IMG/VR virus record: IMGVR_UViG_3300047550_004303
DNA from: a virus
Taxonomy: Duplodnaviria > Heunggongvirae > Uroviricota > Caudoviricetes
DNA length: 64,000 nucleotides
Strand: one strand, 5' to 3'
Positions 56,184 to 64,000 of the stretch are shown one piece after another. Made by a program: the position numbers and the translations under genes. Positions within the stretch are counted from its first letter, which is position 1, and each line of letters opens with the position of its first letter. The notes under the pieces were generated by a model. That model made no database searches. It was not told the origin of the DNA and was given only the letters and a program-made list of their open reading frames with translations.

Positions 56184-59100
56184 CAATCAGTAAGGTCTTG
56201 AACTTGTTGTCAAGTTCTTGTTTTAAAGTTAACCATTTATTTTTAGTTTCTTCAATTTTGGGATCTCCTGCAGGTAAAGAACTTTCTGCTTCAAAGTATT
56301 CAATTTTGGCCTTTTCTACTTGTTCATTTTGTTCTATTAAACTATTGAATGACGAAGTTAAAGCAATATTGTTGTCAATAGTTTTTTGTACAGCATTTTT
56401 TGCTGAATCCGTCGGTCCGGATCCTGAGAAGTTGGGCAGAGGAATCTTGCTATTACCTAGTAAAGATTTTATTTGAGTATTGATTTCTGAACGATCATTT
56501 GTATTAACTGCATTTACTGGCAAGTTTATTGGAGTTGAAGAATTCTTACTAACACTCGCAATCGCTGATTTCAACTGTGCTGCTTCACCTGCTGGCAATT
56601 CTGATAAAACAACTTTTTTGATATCGTTTTCAGGAGCTAATATTGTTTGTGTTTCTTGATTTGTTTTTTCTTGACTAGCACTCGCTACTGAAACATTGTT
56701 TTTGTTAGCGGTATACACATTGTTGATAGTGCTTTGAACTTTAGATGTTCCTGGTAATCCAGTTCTATTTGTAGTTTGGTTAACAATAGACCCTACACTA
56801 TACAAAGCACCTGGTAATGCGCTTAATCCTGTAGATTTACCTGTGTTGCTTAAAACAGAAGATATTCTGTTTATGTTATTAATTATGTTACCAACTGACG
56901 CTGTTATCGCGTTTGGATTATTAGTTGTAGTAATTGTTTGTGTTGATCTTAAAATTTGACCTGTACTATTTAAGATAGAGTTAACATTGTTAGTAGTTTT
57001 TACTAAAGATGGTTCACCTAAAACAGATCCAATTTTTCCTATACTGCGTACAACACCAGATACACTACTTATTGCCTGTGCAGGATTAGCACTTGCATTT
57101 AATTTAGTAATTGAATTAGCCGCACCTGCAGTTGCTTGTGCAAGTGACCCTATTTCTCGTAAACTTTTTGCTGCGGCAGGATTGCCTATAGAATTTGAAA
57201 AATTAGCAAAACTGTTAAGTATGGTGCTTATACCATTTATAGTTTGTGTAGGATTTTTAGCTGAGTTAACTGTGTTAATTGCATTAAATACACCTGCTGA
57301 ACTTCTTGCAATTTTAGATACATCGGTAAGTGATTTATCCCCTGTTACTCTGCCCAAAGTACTTAACAATCCTGATGTTGCTGATAGAGTTTTAGAAGGA
57401 TCTTTACTATTGCTTATTTGATTTACATAATTTGTAATCTGTTTTATTGGAATACCTGTTACTTGTCCAACAGTAGACAACACTACTGCGGTTGTTTTAT
57501 CATCAAGTGTAGAATTACTTATTGATTTTGCTGAATTTTGATTTGATATTTGAGTAAGGTTTTGTGGTACTCCCACTTGTAAAGGTTTAAATGAAGATGT
57601 AATTGAATTGAAGGCTGCTGCACTTGCTGATTTAGTAGTATCAGTAACTGCACCAGTAACACCAACTGAATTAGTAGCAGCATCTCCTATTGCCCCACTA
57701 GATCCTAAATTATTTGCAATTTTTGCTGCTTTGTTTCCAGAACTAATTGCATTTTTAATACTTCCCAATATACCCTTTCTAGATGTAGTAACACTAGGAG
57801 CTTCAACAGAAGTATTTGTTTTTATAGTGTTGACAACATTGTTTACTCCTGCAGCATTAGTTGCAACAATCAATCCTGCTATTGATTCACTGCTTTCTTT
57901 TCCAGTAATAACACCTGTGTTTATCAACTCAGTTTCTGACTTCTTTAAAGTTTCAACTGTAGTTTGAATCTGTAATGTTTTAGAACTAGTAAAAGCTTGT
58001 AAACTTGTTGCGCCATTCTTGCCTGTAAAGATGCTATCTGGCATTGCTTTTTGTAAACTGTATCCCTGATTAATCAAAGAATTTACCATTTTACTAGATC
58101 CAGGTTTAATTATACCGGCTTGCTCAAGTTGGTCAGGAGTCAATGCAAGTTTACCTATACTTGCAACATTACCATTGATTGTTGGTACTATACCTGAATT
58201 GTTTTTGACAGCAAAACTTGCAGGTCCTGTTGCTGCATTTTTCGAAATTGCACTTAATATACCTGCTGTAGTTGAAGCATTTATATTTTCACTTATTGGT
58301 GGTATAGGAGGAACACTTGCAATTATGTCAGAGATAAATTCAGATGAAACATTTGCGCTTGCCGCTTCATTATTAACAGATTGTACTGAAGAACTTGCAG
58401 ATGAGGGTAATACATCACTAGCATTGGTACTAGTTTCTACGTTTACCCCTTGACCTGCATTTGCCCAAGGCATATGTGCTGGAGCGCGTGAAACAATACT
58501 TACAAGTTTACCTGGTGCCGCAGCATAACCTTTTACATTGTCAAACAATGTATCAGTGTGAGCAACAAATGCGATTGGTTGAACTATTTTTGGTACAACA
58601 CTTGTTTCTCCTGTGTTAAGATTGATTACACTGCCATTTATAAACATAGTACCAGAACTTGCGTATGAAGATTCACCTTTTGCAAACATACTCATTGAAC
58701 CATCAATTTTATATGTGTAATTTCCTTTAGTGTAAACTGAATAATTTTCTCCCACAATTTGATTTGTAGATTTTTCTGATGTTACATAGATTTCATCTGC
58801 ATAGATGTTTAATTTTTTCTTAGCATTAATGTTGATATTATTGTCAGAATGAAAGTTTACGTCACCCTGAGTCCTAACATTGAAACTGTTAGTTGAATAG
58901 CAATCTATGGTTCCTTCTTTGCCCAATTCAATATAAGATTGACCATTGCTATGTGTGATAAAAATAGTTTGCCCGTCATCACTTAATGTTATTTGATGAC
59001 CTGCCGCAGAACGTATTCTTATTAATTGGTCTCTTCCAATTATGTCACCGTCGTCCATAACAATGCTATGACCACCACGGCGAGCTATAACTTTAAGTTT

Positions 59101-59850
59101 ACTGTCTAAACCTTCTTGAGCGCCCAATGCTATTGTTTCATCAGTATATCCACCTTCGTAGATAGGGCGTCCTGGAGTGCTAACTCCCCAACCAACACGA
59201 CTAGGACTTTCTCGTTGTGCGCTAGTAGAAATTGGCCCACGTAGGGTATCACGAATTAATCCCTGTTGATTCATTATCATAGCAACATAACTATGAATGG
59301 GTTTAGGTTGTGTTAAGAAGTTTGCACTATCTGCGATTCCAGTATTATTAGTGTTGATATTTGTAACTGGTAATCTTGTTGCACCACCATATCCATTTCC
59401 TTCTCCTTGAGTATTAGCGACAACATAATCACTTGCACCAATTGCAGGAACCATATGTAGTGCGTCAGGTTCAGGAACACAACCTATATAAAATCCGTAA
59501 TTAGGATCACCGTTGATAAAGATGCATATTACAGTTGTTCCAATATCAGGTGGACTATTCCATATGCCATAAGAACTAGGATTTGAAATATAATCACCAA
59601 ACCCTGTGTTAGGTGCATTGGGTTTTACGAACCCATAGAAAGGAGGAAGATAAGAAACAGTACACCAATTGTTATAATCATCTGGATCAGGACTTCCAAA
59701 AGCTGCAATATAAACCTGTAATCTACCTGTTCGGTTTGGATCAATATTATTTTTTACGACACCAAACACCGGGGCTAGCCTTGGATTGGCCCCACCTGAA
59801 CTAGGAGTACTTGCTTTTAATGAACCTGAGGGTTTAAAAATATTCTGCAT
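56179..59850 (-). CDS. Baseplate hub/spike protein (T4 gp5 / VgrG-like) with long C-terminal extension
   Basis: OB-fold GVVKNNIDPNRTGRLQVYI...PPDIGTTVICIFING; RRGGHSIVMDD and RSAAGHQITLSDD beta-helix entry; about 750 extra C-terminal residues. Confidence 0.8.
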   Translation of the reverse strand: MQNIFKPSGSLKASTPSSGGANPRLAPVFGVVKNNIDPNRTGRLQVYIAAFGSPDPDDYNNWCTVSYLPPFYGFVKPNAPNTGFGDYISNPSSYGIWNSPPDIGTTVICIFINGDPNYGFYIGCVPEPDALHMVPAIGASDYVVANTQGEGNGYGGATRLPVTNINTNNTGIADSANFLTQPKPIHSYVAMIMNQQGLIRDTLRGPISTSAQRESPSRVGWGVSTPGRPIYEGGYTDETIALGAQEGLDSKLKVIARRGGHSIVMDDGDIIGRDQLIRIRSAAGHQITLSDDGQTIFITHSNGQSYIELGKEGTIDCYSTNSFNVRTQGDVNFHSDNNININAKKKLNIYADEIYVTSEKSTNQIVGENYSVYTKGNYTYKIDGSMSMFAKGESSYASSGTMFINGSVINLNTGETSVVPKIVQPIAFVAHTDTLFDNVKGYAAAPGKLVSIVSRAPAHMPWANAGQGVNVETSTNASDVLPSSASSSVQSVNNEAASANVSSEFISDIIASVPPIPPISENINASTTAGILSAISKNAATGPASFAVKNNSGIVPTINGNVASIGKLALTPDQLEQAGIIKPGSSKMVNSLINQGYSLQKAMPDSIFTGKNGATSLQAFTSSKTLQIQTTVETLKKSETELINTGVITGKESSESIAGLIVATNAAGVNNVVNTIKTNTSVEAPSVTTSRKGILGSIKNAISSGNKAAKIANNLGSSGAIGDAATNSVGVTGAVTDTTKSASAAAFNSITSSFKPLQVGVPQNLTQISNQNSAKSISNSTLDDKTTAVVLSTVGQVTGIPIKQITNYVNQISNSKDPSKTLSATSGLLSTLGRVTGDKSLTDVSKIARSSAGVFNAINTVNSAKNPTQTINGISTILNSFANFSNSIGNPAAAKSLREIGSLAQATAGAANSITKLNASANPAQAISSVSGVVRSIGKIGSVLGEPSLVKTTNNVNSILNSTGQILRSTQTITTTNNPNAITASVGNIINNINRISSVLSNTGKSTGLSALPGALYSVGSIVNQTTNRTGLPGTSKVQSTINNVYTANKNNVSVASASQEKTNQETQTILAPENDIKKVVLSELPAGEAAQLKSAIASVSKNSSTPINLPVNAVNTNDRSEINTQIKSLLGNSKIPLPNFSGSGPTDSAKNAVQKTIDNNIALTSSFNSLIEQNEQVEKAKIEYFEAESSLPAGDPKIEETKNKWLTLKQELDNKFKTLLIV

Positions 59851-59859
59851 GTTTTTACC

Positions 59860-61893
59860 TTATGGTGCAACAATATTGCTTATTAGATGTTGATCATCGT
59901 TTGATGAAATGGGAGAAGTTTGAGAAGTTGAAAATAAAGGTTGAGCGGCAGTAGCATTTGCGGTGACTGCTGGGTTCGGTCTCAATCCTGTTATAGGGTT
60001 TGGTCTGTCGGGTTGCGAAGTTGCCGATGACACAGGAACATCCGGAAACGTATTAATTATTAAGTCTAAGTTCTGTGTGAATTTTCCGCCCTTGAAAAAA
60101 CTTATAACTTTAATAACTCTATAACTAACTTTATTTCCTAAATTAAACTTTTGAATTATTTCTTTTGGATAATTCCAAAATAAAATGTTTGTATTTAAAG
60201 TTAATGTACCTACATTATGATCATAATCTACTGGTTCGTTAAATCCAATTTCAATGAAAGTTTGTTGACCAGTAAAATTAATGGTGTTTCCATCAATAGC
60301 GTACTTACCAAAATTTGTCGAGTCTAATCCCAACCAATCAGGGTCACCTAAAATATCTATTTTTGCTCTTGCATATTTTGCTGGATCCATCAAGTAAGTT
60401 ATAGCAGAATTTTGTGCAGCTAGATTCTGTGCATTACTTACCCCTTGTGAATTACCACCAGGTGTACCGGTTGTTGCAGAAGACAAATTTGCTCCTCCTC
60501 CTGATGAATTATTAGTTATTCCTAAAGCATCAAGCACAACAGTAAAATACGTATTGTCTAATATTTGTTCATAACGTAAAATTTCAGAGTTTTCACCTGT
60601 ATAGTAGTATTGATATACTTTAACTGGTCCGTAATAAGGCGTTACAGAACTTACATATCCAGTTGACATTTCTGCAATTAGGTATGGTTTTATTTCATAG
60701 TTAATGTTGTAATACCAAGAAGATAATTCATTATCCCATTTAGGTTCACCTACAATTTTTGGCTGCACATTGAACCACTGGAACGGACGATTGTTTCTTT
60801 GTTGTTGTGAAGAATTTTTTCCCGGTTCAACATCATTTTTCACAACAGCGGTCAATGGTTCACTTACATATGAACTTAGTTTAATTACGTCTTCAATTGC
60901 TTTTAAAATGATTGTTCCGTTATTAAACTTTATTTCTTTCGCTAACGGGTTAGGATTGCTTCGTTGTTCACTTGCAGGATTTACTTTTCCTGTACCTGTC
61001 ACTCCCGGTGTATTTGCAGTAGTTTTTGATTTGTCAGTATCATATGGATTAGCTAACAAAGCATTTTCAATTTTTTCAACTCCTGGACCAACAAAAGTCA
61101 CACTATAACGATTGTATGCATCTGTTTTTCCTTTGTTTTGTGAAATTTTTCGTTGGTCATCTGTTAGTTTTGCCATCAATTGTCGTAATACATCTCCTAC
61201 TGTTTTTCCAGTTAAATTGTATGCACCGTTATTGATAACACCATATTGTATTCCCATTGTTGTAGAGGAAGTTACTACCGCTTTTAGATTATATGTTGTA
61301 ACTGTTCCATCTATTTTGAATTTCAACTCATGTAACAATATGTCATAAAATTTTTCAGATGATAAATTATCACTGGTCAATGATATTAAATTTCCCTTTA
61401 TATCATATCCAGTAAATTTGAATCCCATTACGAAAATGAGTTTGGTTGCATTCTGTAAATTAGATTGTTGTAATATCTTGCTTTTATTTTTTAAGCTTTC
61501 TAACGTATTTTTTAAATTAGTAACAAACTTAAAGCCTAATTGTTCCACAATTTTAAATTCAACATCATAAGTTACGGTTGATGTTTGTGTTGCTTCTGGA
61601 CTAACTGCTGCGGTTAATTTTACATCATCTATGTAATAATCAAACTCAAAACCAGCCGCACGGTTAGAGTCTTGGTTGTTTACACCACCACTTTGTGCTA
61701 CAACTACAACTCCATCACTTTTCGCTAATTGAGTTTTATTACTAACTACAAACAAATTATAAGCTTCAGGTGTAACTGCATATAAAGTTATGTTATAGGT
61801 GTAGCTTGCATATTTTGAAAGTGGATTGAAGGGTCTTGATGGTTCTTCAATTTTTGAAGGGGCACTATTCTGTTGTTTATCATCACTTGCCAT
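59860..61893 (-). CDS. Probable baseplate hub protein (gp27-like position)
   Basis: Lies between the gp53-like and gp5-like genes; FNPLSKYASYTYNITL, AKIDILGDPDW, YRVIKVISFFKGGKFTQNLDL. Confidence 0.55.
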   Translation of the reverse strand: MASDDKQQNSAPSKIEEPSRPFNPLSKYASYTYNITLYAVTPEAYNLFVVSNKTQLAKSDGVVVVAQSGGVNNQDSNRAAGFEFDYYIDDVKLTAAVSPEATQTSTVTYDVEFKIVEQLGFKFVTNLKNTLESLKNKSKILQQSNLQNATKLIFVMGFKFTGYDIKGNLISLTSDNLSSEKFYDILLHELKFKIDGTVTTYNLKAVVTSSTTMGIQYGVINNGAYNLTGKTVGDVLRQLMAKLTDDQRKISQNKGKTDAYNRYSVTFVGPGVEKIENALLANPYDTDKSKTTANTPGVTGTGKVNPASEQRSNPNPLAKEIKFNNGTIILKAIEDVIKLSSYVSEPLTAVVKNDVEPGKNSSQQQRNNRPFQWFNVQPKIVGEPKWDNELSSWYYNINYEIKPYLIAEMSTGYVSSVTPYYGPVKVYQYYYTGENSEILRYEQILDNTYFTVVLDALGITNNSSGGGANLSSATTGTPGGNSQGVSNAQNLAAQNSAITYLMDPAKYARAKIDILGDPDWLGLDSTNFGKYAIDGNTINFTGQQTFIEIGFNEPVDYDHNVGTLTLNTNILFWNYPKEIIQKFNLGNKVSYRVIKVISFFKGGKFTQNLDLIINTFPDVPVSSATSQPDRPNPITGLRPNPAVTANATAAQPLFSTSQTSPISSNDDQHLISNIVAP

Positions 61894-62205
61894 TTAAAAT
61901 CCTAAAATTTGTTTAAGATAATCTAATTTAGGTATGTATATTTCTATGTCGGTAACAAAATCGAAATAAGGATCTTTTAGCTTATTTGGATTACGTTGAG
62001 CGAATACCCACCACAATCTTGCATCACTATATAAATCAAATGCCAATAAGTCAGGTCTATATTCATAGACTTTTGGCAATTTCAATAGTACATCTGAGAC
62101 TTGAGACGGTATGGGTCTATTCTGCATTATGTCCAAATATTTTTGTTCTACAATCTCTGTAAAATAATAAGGACTTGTTGTAGTGTAAAAATTATTATTT
62201 GCCAT
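61894..62205 (-). CDS. Baseplate wedge gp53-like / LysM protein
   Basis: YEYRPDLLAFDLYSDARLWWVFAQRN...IYIP. Confidence 0.8.
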   Translation of the reverse strand: MANNNFYTTTSPYYFTEIVEQKYLDIMQNRPIPSQVSDVLLKLPKVYEYRPDLLAFDLYSDARLWWVFAQRNPNKLKDPYFDFVTDIEIYIPKLDYLKQILGF

Positions 62206-63630
62206 TTACCATATCCCTGCGCCAATTTTTTCGTTTGTTTTACCTTGTAGTAAATTACCAGTTGCATACTCTTTAAGACTAAAGTTATCACTGATATCTT
62301 TTCTAGATACAACTGCTATCGCTGCAATTTGTATTTGAATTTTTGTAGGAACATATGTGGGTACTTCAGACGACTCTAACTTTGTAAAGTCAGGTGGAGG
62401 CGGATTGCCTCCGGGAGTTATCCGTGTTTGTAAAACTTCCGCTCTTGGATTAGCTGCAAAATTAGATGTTCCTTGATCTATTTGTGGTGTACCTGCCGGT
62501 GCTGTAAAATAAGGGGTAGCTCTTATGTAATCTACATCTGTTGGCAATGAATATGTAAAAGAAGTAATCAATAACGGATGTTTGTTAAATTGATATGTAC
62601 CAAATCCATCAAGATAGCATATGGGAGGAGGAGTTCCCCTTGTCGGAGTTTGATCTTGTCCATAAAACATTTTTGTAACTGATCTAAGAAAATGAATTAC
62701 TGCTAGCAAATAATTAGCCTCTTCTGTATCTTGCGCTGTAAATTCTCCTGATATAGAGATATTCTCAACAGAACTATTTTTGTAGGCATACAATTTATAG
62801 TTACTATGTGTAACATCAAATGGATCATAATGTGCATTATATGAAACTTGTATTGCAGGAGTATACGGGAAAATTATTCCTTCTGTTTTTTTCAATGGAC
62901 TTAATAATTTATTTTTAGTATCGTTATATAGATAATTACTGCTTGGAGCTAGATATAATTTTACTCTCCAATCTTTCGAAACCTGATTATTCCCTTGATT
63001 AAGTCTAGTTGCCTCACTTCTTGTTTGAGCAGTTGCACCCTGTAATCCAGCATTGGTATTGTTGGGTACAGGAAATCTATTCAATAATCTGCTGTATTCG
63101 TCTCCAGTGTCTGTTACTCTGGTAGAGGGAATAGGCTCTGTTCTCGTACCTCCTATTGCTGGGCGTCTTGTGGGTAAAGGAGTTACAACAGTAATATCCT
63201 TTAACTGTTTCATAACTCTTGCTCTTTGAGCTTTTTTTCGTTCTAATGTACTAGTTGCAAGTAATTGTGCTGTTCTACCAGATGGACCTTTCTTTTGCGC
63301 GTCTACTATTTGAGCTTCCAACGCTGCAATTTCTGCATCTAATTCTGTCAATTGAGTTTGTAATGAAAATTGAGAATTGACCGTTGAATTTGTCGCGGCT
63401 GCCCCAGAAGGGGATGAGTTTGCGGACGTAGTGTTTATGTTTTTTAACTGATTTTCCAAACTGGCAAAAGTTTTTTTATCAGTTTCTATTTGCGTTTGCA
63501 AACGTTGAATTTTTGCAGGGTCTTGTTGTGAAACAGGCAAACTCAATTCTGCATTGAGAATGTTTTGTTGTGTTGTAATTGCACGCCTAACAAAATTTAA
63601 ATTATTAACTATTTGTTCTTGCGAAGCCAT
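62206..63630 (-). CDS. Tail-tube initiator/baseplate protein (gp48/gp54-like) with N-terminal coiled-coil extension
   Basis: GIIFPYTP.IQ, ISISGEFT, HFLRSVTKMFYG, PPPICYLDGFG, ITSFTYSLP; first gene of the operon. Confidence 0.6.
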   Translation of the reverse strand: MASQEQIVNNLNFVRRAITTQQNILNAELSLPVSQQDPAKIQRLQTQIETDKKTFASLENQLKNINTTSANSSPSGAAATNSTVNSQFSLQTQLTELDAEIAALEAQIVDAQKKGPSGRTAQLLATSTLERKKAQRARVMKQLKDITVVTPLPTRRPAIGGTRTEPIPSTRVTDTGDEYSRLLNRFPVPNNTNAGLQGATAQTRSEATRLNQGNNQVSKDWRVKLYLAPSSNYLYNDTKNKLLSPLKKTEGIIFPYTPAIQVSYNAHYDPFDVTHSNYKLYAYKNSSVENISISGEFTAQDTEEANYLLAVIHFLRSVTKMFYGQDQTPTRGTPPPICYLDGFGTYQFNKHPLLITSFTYSLPTDVDYIRATPYFTAPAGTPQIDQGTSNFAANPRAEVLQTRITPGGNPPPPDFTKLESSEVPTYVPTKIQIQIAAIAVVSRKDISDNFSLKEYATGNLLQGKTNEKIGAGIW

Positions 63631-63649
63631 TTGTATTTCCTTTATATAC

Positions 63650-63666
63650 TATTTATGTCATAAATA
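63650..63666. promoter_or_regulatory. Back-to-back late promoters, TATTTATG-T-CATAAATA
   Basis: Perfect 8-bp inverted repeat giving CATAAATA on each strand, at the divergence point. Confidence 0.65.
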
Positions 63667-63698
63667 TATCTGCTTTTTTACCTTTTCTTAAAAAATTA

Positions 63699-63727
63699 TT
63701 GCAACTCTGCGTAATTTTTAGTACAAT
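63699..63727 (+). promoter_or_regulatory. Sigma70-type promoter TTGCAA-17-TACAAT
   Basis: -35 at 63699-63704, -10 at 63722-63727, A-rich upstream; AAGGA SD at about 63742. Confidence 0.7.
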
Positions 63728-63750
63728 TGCCATCATTAAAAAAGGATACT

Positions 63751-64000
63751 ATGTCAACCACCATAAAAAAACCCGTCAACTACTTAAACAATAAGGACAT
63801 TCTCAAAGAGATTCATGAAAGTAAAAACTCTTATTGTTTTTATACTGAAAAAGATTACAACAAATATGACCTAATAGTAAGCATAGAAGATTCAACATTG
63901 GAAGATTGCTTTGAATACATCTTTAAAGAAAGTACACTACTTAAAGCTAAAGAAAATCGTGCTGCTAGATTAAACCAAGAAAATAATACCAGTCTATCTA
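63751..64000 (+). CDS. Late-transcription sigma factor (T4 gp55-like), 3' truncated
   Basis: MSTTIKKPVNYLNNKDILKEIHESK resembles the T4 gp55 N-terminus (YNYVNNKELLQAI); open to the window end; consistent with the TAAATA promoters. Confidence 0.7.
   Translation, partial: MSTTIKKPVNYLNNKDILKEIHESKNSYCFYTEKDYNKYDLIVSIEDSTLEDCFEYIFKESTLLKAKENRAARLNQENNTSLS

Noticed and set aside
56198-58453. Plus-strand ORFs of 90-144 aa within the gp5-like gene
   Set aside because: Antisense frames of a low-complexity Ser/Ala/Thr region, with no expression signals or recognisable motifs.
1-64000. Giant eukaryotic virus (NCLDV) origin suggested by RCC1 repeats, papain and sugar enzymes
   Set aside because: SD sequences, overlapping operons, intrinsic terminators, sigma70 and T4-type late promoters, a gp55-like gene and a contractile baseplate module indicate a bacteriophage.
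1-64000. Stop-codon reassignment, tRNA, rRNA or intron/intein elements
   Set aside because: Standard code 11 gives dense, uninterrupted ORFs (up to 17 kb) and TAA, TAG and TGA all end genes. Intergenic gaps are short and I saw no cloverleaf or splicing-element signatures; tRNAscan or Infernal would be needed to exclude them formally.

Overview
Segment of a large, AT-rich, T4-like (jumbo-type) contractile-tailed phage genome, most likely infecting a Gram-negative host. Plus-strand block (3-24353): two very large RCC1-repeat proteins followed by a 19-gene locus of mostly glycan-synthesis and modification enzymes (TPR-GT9 and other glycosyltransferases, two sulfotransferases, an APS-kinase/nucleotidyltransferase fusion, three SAM methyltransferases, a 2OG-Fe(II) oxygenase, an RfbH/DdhC-type 3-dehydrase and an SDR epimerase/reductase). 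Minus-strand block (24382-63630): baseplate operon (tube initiator, gp53-, hub-, gp5-, gp25-, gp6-like, a 5677-aa giant), fibre-type proteins, a second glycosyltransferase cluster, then accessory genes (Alt-like and kinase proteins with capsid-targeting-like N-termini, a papain protease, an outer-membrane beta-barrel, two secreted proteins). A gp55-like late sigma factor starts at the right edge, and TAAATA late-promoter boxes recur. The most striking signal is that the RCC1 repeats are not a simple tandem array. Short 'opening' and 'closing' linkers pair like brackets, each enclosing exactly 7 repeats, which implies whole 7-blade propellers nested inside loops of other propellers, up to five levels deep. 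All assignments come from motif reading by eye; no searches were run.
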